A stretch of 14,206 nt of DNA from a virus (IMGVR_UViG_2609459844_000009:1-14206); one strand, 5' to 3'; positions 1 through 8,434 are shown, counted from the stretch's first letter. A program made the numbers and translations. The notes: generated from the letters alone by a model not told the origin.

Positions 1-1155
1 ATGCTCACCGTTAAGCAGATTGAAGCAGCAAAGCCGAAAGAAAAACCATACCGCCTTCTCGATGGTAATGGCCTGTACCTTTATGTTCCTGTATCCGGGA
101 AAAAGGTATGGCAGCTTCGCTACAAGATTGACGGTAAGGAGAAAATCCTGACCGTCGGAAAATATCCGCTAATGACTTTGCAGGAGGCAAGAGATAAAGC
201 ATGGACCGCGAGGAAAGACATCTCGGTTGGCATCGATCCGGTAAAAGCGAAAAAGGCTTCGTCTAACAACAATTCCTTTAGTGCGATTTACAAGGAATGG
301 TACGAGCACAAGAAGCAAGTCTGGTCAGTAGGCTATGCAAACGAACTTGCCAAAATGTTTGACGACGACATTTTACCCATCATCGGCGGCCTTGAAATTC
401 AGGATATTGAGCCGATGCAACTGCTGGAAGTAATCCGCAGATTTGAAGATCGCGGTGCAATGGAGCGAGCCAACAAAGCCCGCAGAAGATGCGGAGAGGT
501 TTTCCGTTACGCTATTGTCACCGGAAGGGCTAAATATAACCCGGCACCTGACCTTGCAGACGCCATGAAAGGATACCGCAAGAAGAACTTCCCGTTTCTT
601 CCTGCAGACCAGATCCCGGCATTCAACAAAGCACTGGCAACATTTTCAGGAAGTATCGTATCGCTTATTGCGACTAAAGTTTTACGCTACACCGCCCTAA
701 GAACGAAAGAACTTCGTTCCATGCTATGGAAGAACGTCGATTTTGAAAACAGGATTATCACCATCGACGCCAGTGTGATGAAGGGTCGCAAGATTCATGT
801 AGTACCGATGTCAGACCAGGTAGTTGAACTTCTCACTACGCTAAGCTCAATCACCAAACCAGTATCAGAGTTTGTTTTTGCCGGGCGCAACGATAAGAAG
901 AAGCCAATCTGCGAGAACGCGGTGCTACTTGTGATCAAACAAATCGGCTATGAGGGTCTGGAAAGCGGTCACGGATTCAGGCATGAATTCAGCACGATTA
1001 TGAACGAGCACGAATGGCCTGCTGATGCTATTGAAGTGCAACTGGCACATGCCAACGGCGGATCTGTGCGCGGGATTTACAACCATGCTCAGTATCTCGA
1101 TAAACGCAGAGAAATGATGCAGTGGTGGGCGGACTGGATTGATGAAAAGGCGTGA
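1..1155 (+). CDS. intS: Tyrosine recombinase, P4-family prophage integrase (IntS-like, argW-targeting)
   Basis: 384-aa ORF starting at window position 1. N-terminal arm-binding region (KQIEAAKPKEKPYRLLDGNGLYLYV) typical of P4-type integrases; C-terminal catalytic signature HGFRHEF ... LAH ... RGIYNHAQY. Recalled as near-identical to E. coli KplE1/CPS-53 IntS. A TorI-like excisionase lies at the opposite end of the element, as in KplE1. Confidence 0.9.
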   Translation: MLTVKQIEAAKPKEKPYRLLDGNGLYLYVPVSGKKVWQLRYKIDGKEKILTVGKYPLMTLQEARDKAWTARKDISVGIDPVKAKKASSNNNSFSAIYKEWYEHKKQVWSVGYANELAKMFDDDILPIIGGLEIQDIEPMQLLEVIRRFEDRGAMERANKARRRCGEVFRYAIVTGRAKYNPAPDLADAMKGYRKKNFPFLPADQIPAFNKALATFSGSIVSLIATKVLRYTALRTKELRSMLWKNVDFENRIITIDASVMKGRKIHVVPMSDQVVELLTTLSSITKPVSEFVFAGRNDKKKPICENAVLLVIKQIGYEGLESGHGFRHEFSTIMNEHEWPADAIEVQLAHANGGSVRGIYNHAQYLDKRREMMQWWADWIDEKA

Positions 1156-1244
1156 TGCTTTCCATCTTTCCATTCGGATTCCTCCTACCAGATTTACCTG
1201 GAGAGTGATATAGTTAATCTTTTAAAAAGTTACATGGGCTTTGC

Positions 1245-3080
1245 ATGTCTTCTAAATTTAGGAATGATATTAATGGGCTAAGGGCTCTAGCGGTCGCAGC
1301 TGTTATTATATATCACTTTAATAGCTCTTATATGTCAAGCGGATTTGCAGGAGTGGATGTTTTTTTTGTTATCTCTGGATACCTGATGACATCCATAATA
1401 GTTAATAAATTCAATGATGGTAATTTCAAGCTTTTTGATTTCTACCTATCCAGAGCAAAAAGAATCATACCATCATTAATAATAGTCTGCTTTGCTCTGT
1501 TGATTTTTGGTTTTTTATTAATAGAACCTGGTACTTATCAGCTAATAGGTAAGCATTCGGCAAGCTCTCTTACATTCATATCAAACTTTACCTATCTATT
1601 TGAATCTGGATATTTCGACCAATCATCCAAAGAAAAGTTTTTGCTGCACACTTGGTCACTATCTGTTGAGTGGCAGTTCTACTTGATTTATCCATTTATA
1701 ATAATATCAATTTCTAAGCTGTTTGGCATAACAAGGCTGCGAGCGGCGCTAGCGTCTCTATCGGTGATTGGATTTATAATTTCTTTAATTATATCAAAAG
1801 AAGATATATCTTTATCTTACTATATGTTTTTTAGCAGAGCATGGGAGATGATAGTAGGTGGAGTTATTTTCTTGCTTCCATCAATAATGACGCAGACAAA
1901 GAGACTGACTTTAGAAATAATAGGGTGCATTGGTATAATATTATCATTTTTTGTTTTTACTGAACAAACGTTATGGCCGGGGACTCCAACTCTAATGCCT
2001 GTAATGTTCACTGCATTGGTTATATATGCTAATAATGAAAAATCAATTCTATCTGCAAGGCCAATTCAATTAATCGGTAAGATATCATATTCTATATACT
2101 TGGTGCATTGGGTAATATTAGTATCATTAAAAAAACTGTATATAGACTTTGGGTTTGCTGCATACCTGATATCAACATTAATGCTATCTTTTGCATTATA
2201 TCACTTTGTTGAAAAAAGGCGTAGCTTTGGGAAAATATGGGTTTATTTGTATGTTTTATGTTTTCTCATTTCGCTGGCCGTCTCCTTGAATGGAGTCAGA
2301 TCGCGAACAAGTGGGTCAGATGATTACAGAATGAGCCTTCAGGAGTTCAGAGACAAGTACGAAGGAAGTGATGGAGTAAAGGATAGCCTCAAACCTATCT
2401 TCTTCAACTCTAACGAAGATGACTTTGAATATATATTAATTGGAAGTAGCCATGCAAAGCACTATTACTCATATATAAAATCAAAAGGTTTGAAAGTGGT
2501 GTCGCTTGCGCTTGATGGGTGTAACTCAACAAAAAACAGGTATACCAACTACCGTCCGGAATCATGCGCCCCTCGCTATGATCAAGTGGTAAAATTCATC
2601 AATGACCATCCTGGCAAAAAGGTAGTTTGGGCTACTTTGTGGACTTGGGTTGGGATCCCTAGAGATAGCTCCAAAAATAATAATGAGAGTACTCTAGATG
2701 TGATAAATGAAGAAGTAACTGCATTTATAGGTGACATTAATAAATCAAATAGTGACATTTATCTTATAGGTGACGTTCCGGGCACTAAGAAACTAACATT
2801 TGAATGCATGGCTAAAAATTCGCTGCCTTTGAATAGATATTTCAATTTGGGCGGATGCAGTGACAAGCAAAAGTATGAGGACGATGGTGTTGATGCAACA
2901 CTATCATCCATAGCTAGAAAATATGATAACGTTCACTTTATAGGGGCTGCAAACTCCTTGTGCTCATCAGGTGAATGCATGTTGATATCTGAAGGTAAAC
3001 CAATTTATACAGATTATGGTCACCTTTCAAAATATGGTGCAAATATAGTCGGAAAGTATATATTCAGTAAAGTTAATTAA
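1245..3080 (+). CDS. O-antigen O-acyltransferase, acyltransferase-3 (AT3) membrane domain fused to C-terminal SGNH domain (OafA/Oac-like)
   Basis: 611-aa ORF. N-terminal AT3 hallmarks (GLRALAVAAVIIYHF with conserved Arg and His; VDVFFVISGY) and many predicted TM helices; C-terminal SGNH-like motifs (ILIGSSHAKHY; DYGHLS near the end). Very AT-rich versus neighbours, no strong SD. Occupies the slot where KplE1 carries gtrABC-like genes and Sf6 carries oac. Confidence 0.85.
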   Translation: MSSKFRNDINGLRALAVAAVIIYHFNSSYMSSGFAGVDVFFVISGYLMTSIIVNKFNDGNFKLFDFYLSRAKRIIPSLIIVCFALLIFGFLLIEPGTYQLIGKHSASSLTFISNFTYLFESGYFDQSSKEKFLLHTWSLSVEWQFYLIYPFIIISISKLFGITRLRAALASLSVIGFIISLIISKEDISLSYYMFFSRAWEMIVGGVIFLLPSIMTQTKRLTLEIIGCIGIILSFFVFTEQTLWPGTPTLMPVMFTALVIYANNEKSILSARPIQLIGKISYSIYLVHWVILVSLKKLYIDFGFAAYLISTLMLSFALYHFVEKRRSFGKIWVYLYVLCFLISLAVSLNGVRSRTSGSDDYRMSLQEFRDKYEGSDGVKDSLKPIFFNSNEDDFEYILIGSSHAKHYYSYIKSKGLKVVSLALDGCNSTKNRYTNYRPESCAPRYDQVVKFINDHPGKKVVWATLWTWVGIPRDSSKNNNESTLDVINEEVTAFIGDINKSNSDIYLIGDVPGTKKLTFECMAKNSLPLNRYFNLGGCSDKQKYEDDGVDATLSSIARKYDNVHFIGAANSLCSSGECMLISEGKPIYTDYGHLSKYGANIVGKYIFSKVN

Positions 3081-3087
3081 ACCAAGA

Positions 3088-3114
3088 CCCCTCAATCCTG
3101 AGGGGCTTTTTTTT
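3088..3114. terminator. Bidirectional rho-independent terminator between convergent acyltransferase and tailspike genes
   Basis: Hairpin CCCCTCA-atcc-TGAGGGG followed by T8 on the + strand; the tailspike stop codon overlaps the T tract on the other strand. Confidence 0.8.
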
Positions 3115-5347
3115 ACGCGGTTAATATCCAGCGCTTATCATAATAATGCATTAATCCTTGTGATGTTATTTTCATATGCACGATTGCTTGAGAAAAAGCG
3201 GCGGCAGCAAAACTTACCCTAAGAAATGTTTGTGAGCCGTTATTGTATTTAGATGTGGTAATGCCGGTTAGGTTTTTACTTCCAGCAATCATATTTGACC
3301 AAACATTACTTGAAGCTAAAGTGGCTTGATCTTTTGCTGATACGCTTACCAATATAACTCCACCGGTCTCACCAGTTCCGCCCAATCCATTCTGATTAAT
3401 TGGCATAATCTTTAACTCTGCTGCGATAAAACCCCCCCCCGTATATGAAGCTTCTTCACCAATCGTTGAAATAAGAATATCAATATTTCTTCCATATGGT
3501 ACCAAAACCGTCGCATCTTCAGTTAATACCTGAGTGTATGTGGCGTTTTTAGCTTGGTGTTTAGCGGAAAGAACCACACCATCAGAACCAGTTCGAAAGC
3601 CGATTCCAGTATGTTCCCCGTAGTATTTACCGTAATAATTTATTCCTCTGACGTCAAATTCTGAAATAGCACTTCCGGTTGTGTTTTTTACGAAAATGAA
3701 CTTATCACCGAAGGTGAAACCTCGGCACTGATATTTATTCGTTGGATCGGCAATGTTTTTAAGAAAGGAAATTCCCTTATAGGCTTTAACGTACCCACTT
3801 TCGAAACGAAAGTTCACAGGACCCTTTTGTTCATTTGCTGGTAATTCAACAAAATGAGTAACCGTGGCTCCGCTAGGGTCCTGAATCCAGCAGGAAATGT
3901 TCTCAACGGTTGCAACTGATTGGCCGTCCTCTTCATTGTAATCTGCAAAATCAAGAGCGTGCGTACCATTTATCCCTTCGATACCCATACCTTTGATAGA
4001 AAGAGAGCGGAATCCATAGAACTTATGAGGTAAAGAACAACCATCTGCAGCAATATTATTTACGGCAACGTACATTAATGGCCCCGGAGCCTTTACAGGT
4101 TCATAGGTTTCTCTATCAATCACAGCCCCCCAAAGATAACCAACACCACATTGCGAAGACCAAATTGCAGAGACATCAGTACTTGTTCCCCATATTGCAA
4201 ATCCGTATGTGCAATCATACATAAAAATATTTTGTATGACGCTGACAAATGGACACGATGGGAGCGCAAATTTATAATGGTAGAAGTCTATATTAGTTAG
4301 CTTCCAGTTCTTTCCGCCACCATACGTGGTGCTAGGACCACTTAGCAAAAGTGGACACCCTGTATATTCAGAGTCAGCGTTTCTGAAACCAATATTTTCA
4401 ATATGTAAATTATGACCCCATGAGGACATGTAAAAACCGCCATTTCCTGACGTATAAATCAAACTCTGCCTCGGGTTATCACCCTTAATATTTAAGGTGA
4501 TGCCTTCCCATCTAAACTGGCTAATGTCAATTTGAGTGTTACCAATATATATAGGCTGGTCTATAAAAATAGGAAGTTTAGTTAGATAAGCTTTATTAAG
4601 TGCTAATCCATCATTTGTTACACCTGTTAAATCGACGCCACCCATGCTTGGCGCTTTTGGGTAAGGCGTTCCCTGAATAGTACTTCCATCAATATAAGGA
4701 GCATCCATCCACGCTCCAAACATACGTGGTGTTACGTACCCCTTACCTTGAAGATCACGTTTCCAGCGTTTACCACCCACAGTGACAATGACCATGCCGT
4801 TATCATCTGCAGAAGTAGAATCTGTGAAATCGGCCACAAACAGACCACCACCAGTATCGCCTGATACTGTCGGCTTCATGCCTGTGGTGTGGAAGTCGAC
4901 GAAAATCTTTTGCTGATCTCGCTCAGGCTCAATTGTCCTTAACATTGCTATATCAGGGCATGTCCCGATGTATTTAAGACCGTCTTCCCCTGATAGAGAT
5001 ACTTTAAGCTGATCAGGATCATATTTAAGAACATTCGGAAAATAGAACTGCTGTGCACCATATGCATCATAAACAGCCATAGAATGGCCTTGCACAGTTA
5101 CGAATTTAGCAATCTGCCCATTATATACCGGATATCCAGCGGCGTTAATGATGATTGGTTGCGAAACAGGAATGTGAGAGCCATCTTCGTTCTCCACATA
5201 AACCTGAATCTGGTTTTCAGGATTTACCGGGTCAGTGTCAATTTTACCGATATAAATTTTGCCATTGGCTACGGCTTTAAAAGAACGAGCCATAGTGAAG
5301 AGTTGCGATGGCATACTCACTACAACATTGGCTGTAATGTCTGTCAT
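3113..5347 (-). CDS. Tailspike protein: P22 gp9-like N-terminal head-binding domain with divergent receptor-binding/enzymatic body
   Basis: 744-aa ORF. First ~110 residues ([11 protein letters not shown] ... [33 protein letters not shown] ... [12 protein letters not shown] ... NVLKYDPDQ) closely match the recalled P22 gp9 head-binding domain; the rest is unrelated to P22 gp9 by eye and Gly/Thr/Asn-rich as expected for a beta-helix. SD GGAG ~9 nt upstream of ATG. Confidence 0.85.
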   Translation of the reverse strand: MTDITANVVVSMPSQLFTMARSFKAVANGKIYIGKIDTDPVNPENQIQVYVENEDGSHIPVSQPIIINAAGYPVYNGQIAKFVTVQGHSMAVYDAYGAQQFYFPNVLKYDPDQLKVSLSGEDGLKYIGTCPDIAMLRTIEPERDQQKIFVDFHTTGMKPTVSGDTGGGLFVADFTDSTSADDNGMVIVTVGGKRWKRDLQGKGYVTPRMFGAWMDAPYIDGSTIQGTPYPKAPSMGGVDLTGVTNDGLALNKAYLTKLPIFIDQPIYIGNTQIDISQFRWEGITLNIKGDNPRQSLIYTSGNGGFYMSSWGHNLHIENIGFRNADSEYTGCPLLLSGPSTTYGGGKNWKLTNIDFYHYKFALPSCPFVSVIQNIFMYDCTYGFAIWGTSTDVSAIWSSQCGVGYLWGAVIDRETYEPVKAPGPLMYVAVNNIAADGCSLPHKFYGFRSLSIKGMGIEGINGTHALDFADYNEEDGQSVATVENISCWIQDPSGATVTHFVELPANEQKGPVNFRFESGYVKAYKGISFLKNIADPTNKYQCRGFTFGDKFIFVKNTTGSAISEFDVRGINYYGKYYGEHTGIGFRTGSDGVVLSAKHQAKNATYTQVLTEDATVLVPYGRNIDILISTIGEEASYTGGGFIAAELKIMPINQNGLGGTGETGGVILVSVSAKDQATLASSNVWSNMIAGSKNLTGITTSKYNNGSQTFLRVSFAAAAFSQAIVHMKITSQGLMHYYDKRWILTA

Positions 5348-5483
5348 TTAATTTGCTCCAGATGCAAGGAATCGCCGCAGCATGGCTACGGTTGGTATTT
5401 GTTTGGTTTTTGAACTACGAAAATTTCGTAGTGCTATCCATCAAGGCCATCGCCGCTTAGTTGCTGCGGTGAATTTTGGGCAT

Positions 5484-5506
5484 AAAAAAACCCAGCCGAA
5501 GCTGGG
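5484..5506 (-). terminator. Rho-independent terminator downstream of ant (minus strand)
   Basis: On the minus strand: CCCAGC-ttcg-GCTGGG followed by T7. Lies between the ant stop and the tailspike start, like the terminator after ant in the P22 immI operon. Confidence 0.75.
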
Positions 5507-5525
5507 TCGTTGCGTTGGTTATCTG

Positions 5526-6428
5526 TCAGTAGTTATGTACTGAAGGAGGTAATTCTTTATTCTTAAGTCTCATCCATGCGGAAAGATTCGTTGGTCCGTC
5601 TGGCTCATTGATATCAACATCTCGTGAGTGATTGATTAAAACGTCTCTCGCTATATCGATAATACGGGAGAACTCATAACCGCAGTCATGACATCTGCCG
5701 GAATAGTTCGATTGAATTTGTTTCAGCGCCGGATACAGTTCGCGGAATAATGCCTGTGAACGGTTAGCATAATCCCATAGCCATACAAGGCTGTTTGCTT
5801 CTTTTTCAGAAAGCTCGTTGGTTTTCTTCTCTTGTTTGCCGATGAACTCGCCTTCAAGCACTACCCTGTGGATGTACTCTACGGCTTGCGGTATCTGAGA
5901 TGCATCAAGCTCTTCAATACTTTCCACATTGAAACGCTGATGAATCATTGCATAAGCTTCTGGGTACATTAGATGCTTTTTGCTGACCAGCATATTTACA
6001 GCATCACGAAGCGGAGTCCTGTCATCAACAGATGTTTTCTTACGTGCATTTTCTGCCTTTCCCTTTGTCCAGTAGTCATGCAGCACAGTAAAGCATTCTT
6101 CCTGGTACTGAATCAGTTTATCGCGGATGTCAGCACGAACTTTCTCAGGGTTGATGCTGAACAGCCATCCATTTAACTTCTTCAAAGGAAGGCAGAGTAG
6201 CTTACGAAGCTTACCATCAGCGGCAACCATATTCATATGAATACAGTTGAACTTATCTAGTTGTTTCATAAGTTTTTGTTGCTGAGTACCCCAGCTCATT
6301 CCGAGGTTTTCAACGATTGGCTTCATCGCAACATATGCAACTCCGGCAGCCATGGCGGTGATAATCTGCTGACCATTGAAAGGCACGTAAGAGGTGTTCA
6401 CTGCTTCTAAAATTGCTATACTATTCAT
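5526..6428 (-). CDS. ant: Antirepressor Ant (P22 immI-type)
   Basis: Start chosen at the internal ATG ([22 protein letters not shown]...) preceded by GGAGA; 300 aa, the length of P22 Ant. Position (arc ... ant, then tailspike, same strand) matches P22 immI. The ORF-track start at 6458 is a TTG without an SD. Confidence 0.8.
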   Translation of the reverse strand: MNSIAILEAVNTSYVPFNGQQIITAMAAGVAYVAMKPIVENLGMSWGTQQQKLMKQLDKFNCIHMNMVAADGKLRKLLCLPLKKLNGWLFSINPEKVRADIRDKLIQYQEECFTVLHDYWTKGKAENARKKTSVDDRTPLRDAVNMLVSKKHLMYPEAYAMIHQRFNVESIEELDASQIPQAVEYIHRVVLEGEFIGKQEKKTNELSEKEANSLVWLWDYANRSQALFRELYPALKQIQSNYSGRCHDCGYEFSRIIDIARDVLINHSRDVDINEPDGPTNLSAWMRLKNKELPPSVHNY

Positions 6429-6490
6429 GTTGGTTTTTCTCCAAGGATTTACCGACAACCGAAGCCCTGACTGTTACCGCAGTTGGGGCT

Positions 6491-6760
6491 TCAACGTTTT
6501 TCCACTTCATTTTGAATTTGCTTAAGTAGCATATTTGTCTCGTCAAGCCTCTTGTTAATACGGTCAAGGCTTTCTACTAAATCGTTATGTGCATGTGATA
6601 CTTCGTAATTTGAGACTGATTTCTTTTCCTCTATCGTCTTTGTCAATCGTTCCCCTGATTGATACATATTGATTAACGATGTAAAAATCACGAGCAAGCA
6701 AACTACAATGATTGCGCCAGACAAAAATTGTAAAGAACGATCAAGCAATGACACCTTCAT
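6491..6760 (-). CDS. Small membrane-anchored coiled-coil protein, function unknown (inserted between arc and ant)
   Basis: 89 aa with one N-terminal hydrophobic helix (LQFLSGAIIVVCLLVIFTSLI) then a charged helical region. Start ATG overlaps the arc stop (ATGA) and is preceded by GAGGGG, indicating translational coupling to arc. P22 has no gene at this position as far as I recall. Confidence 0.65.
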   Translation of the reverse strand: MKVSLLDRSLQFLSGAIIVVCLLVIFTSLINMYQSGERLTKTIEEKKSVSNYEVSHAHNDLVESLDRINKRLDETNMLLKQIQNEVEKR

Positions 6761-6909
6761 ACCGTAATCCCCTCTCTCTTCAGACTGTCCAGCAATCGCT
6801 TAATCACTTCCGAGTTAAACGACCGGCATTCTTCTTTGGCCTTTCCTGTAATCGCATCTTTTAGCGACTGAGGCATTCTCACCAAAATTCTGCTAACTTC
6901 TTTTTCCAT
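6757..6909 (-). CDS. arc: Arc-like ribbon-helix-helix repressor
   Basis: 50 aa from the internal ATG (MEKEVSRILVRMPQSLKDAITGKAKEECRSFNSEVIKRLLDSLKREGITV); aligns with recalled P22 Arc (RxPxxLxDxxxxxAxEExRSxNSE ... KxEG). Divergent from mnt. Confidence 0.8.
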   Translation of the reverse strand: MEKEVSRILVRMPQSLKDAITGKAKEECRSFNSEVIKRLLDSLKREGITV

Positions 6910-7018
6910 ATCGCCACCACGTGAGTTATTGTGAATCACAAACATATCACCGTGACTATATCAAGTCAAAATTTTTTTGAATACACTGTGATATCAATGT
7001 GATTATCACGGTGTAAGT
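6910..7018. promoter_or_regulatory. immI divergent promoter/operator region between arc and mnt
   Basis: Contains CACGTG (6917-6922), TGTGAATCACA (6930-6940), ATCACCGTGAC (6946-6956) and its inverted partner ATCACGGTGTA (7005-7015), and the perfect palindrome TGATATCA (6988-6995). The CACCGTG/CACGGTG core resembles the centre of the recalled P22 Mnt operator (CCACGGTGG). Confidence 0.6.
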
Positions 7019-7273
7019 ATGACGAAGGTTAGAGACATAGCCCCATATAGCGTAAGAATGCCAGATAGCCTCAAGCGCGACCTGACCATAAGAGCATCGA
7101 AAAACGGACGCTCATTAAATTCAGAAATAGTTATGATCTTGCAAGCTGCTATTGATGAAGAAAAATCACCAAGATCAATAGAAGGTTTTGCTCAACAAGA
7201 ATCTGAAAAATTTAGGGAGGCTCTTCTTAAGACTCTCAGCAGCATGTACGGAGAAGATAAAAAACCCACCTGA
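7019..7273 (+). CDS. mnt: Mnt-like ribbon-helix-helix repressor
   Basis: 84 aa; N-terminal RMPDSLKRDLTIRASKNGRSLNSEIV matches the recalled P22 Mnt RHH motif (RMPxxxxxxLxxRAxxNGRSxNSE). Divergent from arc. Confidence 0.8.
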   Translation: MTKVRDIAPYSVRMPDSLKRDLTIRASKNGRSLNSEIVMILQAAIDEEKSPRSIEGFAQQESEKFREALLKTLSSMYGEDKKPT

Positions 7274-7285
7274 CGGTGGGTTTTT
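7259..7285. terminator. Bidirectional rho-independent terminator shared by mnt and the convergent 330-aa gene
   Basis: A6 - CCCACC-tgac-GGTGGG - T5; the mnt stop codon lies in the loop and the stop of the minus-strand gene (7287) abuts the T tract. Confidence 0.8.
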
Positions 7286-7286
7286 C

Positions 7287-8279
7287 TTATTCTTTATCTT
7301 TTAAGTCTATGGTTCTTTGCCCAATAACCTTTTCATCTATGTATTTCTCATACTCTTCTCGAGTATCAGAAACCATTGCAATACCAGTAACCTTACCTAT
7401 TTGGGTTCTAAGAGCCTTAACTCCAACCTCTGATAAAAACTGGTGTATTTTATCGTTTTTGCTGCCTTTCTCTTCTTTTGAAGTTTTTGCTAAATTAAAT
7501 ACCTTTCCTTCACTTCTGGCTAATGGGTAATAAATGTGATCTATCGTAAGATATTTAAACGCCCATGGTCGCCCTCTAACTGGTTTGTCTATACCATACA
7601 AACGATACCAATGCTCATAAAGTTCAGGGGTGAACTCTCTTTCATACTCACGAGCCTCTTCAGCAACATATCGCTTATATGCTTGAATTACCTCTTCTTT
7701 TGTTCTGTCATACCCTGCCAAAGCATAAACAAGCCCCTGAATGCCCGCCTTGGCTGATGCATCAATAATGATTCTGGCTTGCTTAGCAATCCCTTCCTGA
7801 CTGGAAAGCAACTTACCTTCAGCTTTAGCATTAGAGATTGCTCGACATAAATCAATTAATATTGTTACATCGTAGCCATGTATTACAGGATTAGCTGGAG
7901 TGTTCGTGCCCGCCTGTTTGTATTGAAAAATAAGAGGATTTTCAAGTTTTGCCCTTAATTCATGCCCAATATACTGAGAAATAGTTTTCCCCTGAATAAA
8001 CTTTGGCAACCTGCTGCCACCTTCGCCAAGACCAATCGCTTCTCCCATGCCTCTCTGGCTAATAACGGCAGTTTTGTTATCATCATTTAACACATAGCAC
8101 TCAACATCAATCCCGAATTCATGCTGGAACGATCCCTTATGCGTGGCAATTAATGGTTTATCCTTCCATCTTGCAGCCGCTGCTTTCTTTGCTATTTCAG
8201 AACGCTGCTCTTTAGTCAGCGACTTTGCGCGAGCGATCCCGCCCTTAGCTTTCCCTTCACTACTTTTCTTTTCTGTCAT
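7287..8279 (-). CDS. Hypothetical protein with Lys/Ala-rich basic N-terminal tail; unknown function, possible DNA-binding regulator or exclusion/defence factor
   Basis: 330-aa ORF (MTEKKSSEGKAKGGIARAKSLTKEQRSEIAKKAAAARWKDK...). AGGTG ~9 nt upstream of ATG; TTGCTT-18 bp-TATAAT sigma70-like promoter on the minus strand (+ strand 8312-8341). AT-rich relative to early genes. I could not assign a family; there is a vague resemblance to phage Bro-N/P63C-type regions that I cannot substantiate. Confidence 0.75.
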   Translation of the reverse strand: MTEKKSSEGKAKGGIARAKSLTKEQRSEIAKKAAAARWKDKPLIATHKGSFQHEFGIDVECYVLNDDNKTAVISQRGMGEAIGLGEGGSRLPKFIQGKTISQYIGHELRAKLENPLIFQYKQAGTNTPANPVIHGYDVTILIDLCRAISNAKAEGKLLSSQEGIAKQARIIIDASAKAGIQGLVYALAGYDRTKEEVIQAYKRYVAEEAREYEREFTPELYEHWYRLYGIDKPVRGRPWAFKYLTIDHIYYPLARSEGKVFNLAKTSKEEKGSKNDKIHQFLSEVGVKALRTQIGKVTGIAMVSDTREEYEKYIDEKVIGQRTIDLKDKE

Positions 8280-8434
8280 AATGCAAGCACCTTGTTGTGA
8301 TATATGCTTGCATTATATACACTGTACACACATACAAGCAAGCATAAAAACAAAACAAAATGCTTGCATTACAACCGCGCTACTCCAACTACACATTATC
8401 ATCTGGTATCCTGCACAAAACTAAGGAGGTTGGT
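8280..8434. promoter_or_regulatory. Divergent promoter region with four copies of the 10-bp palindrome ATGC(AA/TT)GCAT (putative operator array)
   Basis: Sites at 8281-8290 (ATGCAAGCAc), 8304-8313 (ATGCTTGCAT), 8336-8345 (AAGCAAGCAT) and 8360-8369 (ATGCTTGCAT); centre-to-centre spacings ~23, 32 and 24 bp. They overlap the RBS/start, -10 and -35 of the 330-aa gene's predicted promoter. Confidence 0.6.

Noticed and set aside
1156-1244. attP/attL core in the int-acyltransferase intergenic region
   Set aside because: No convincing match to the argW 3' end here; with int at the left edge and torI at the right, the att sites are expected outside position 1 and near 12504-12518 instead.
1820-2011. 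63-aa minus-strand ORF inside the acyltransferase gene, and ORFs 11-202 and 925-1173 inside int
   Set aside because: Antisense to well-supported long ORFs.
5084-5413. 109-aa plus-strand ORF overlapping the tailspike N-terminus
   Set aside because: Antisense to the most conserved (P22 gp9-like) part of the tailspike; no SD.
7287-8279. Assigning the 330-aa protein to KilA-N/Bro-N/P63C or to a named defence family
   Set aside because: Only a vague, short resemblance in one segment; I cannot support a family call without a profile search, so it is left as hypothetical.
8360-8434. Upstream ATG (8360) as start of the small membrane-protein gene; also ORFs 8143-8424 and 8389-8601
   Set aside because: The ATG at 8360 sits inside operator palindrome 4 with no SD, whereas the GTG at 8435 follows a perfect AGGAGG; the other ORFs overlap the promoter region or the opposite-strand gene.
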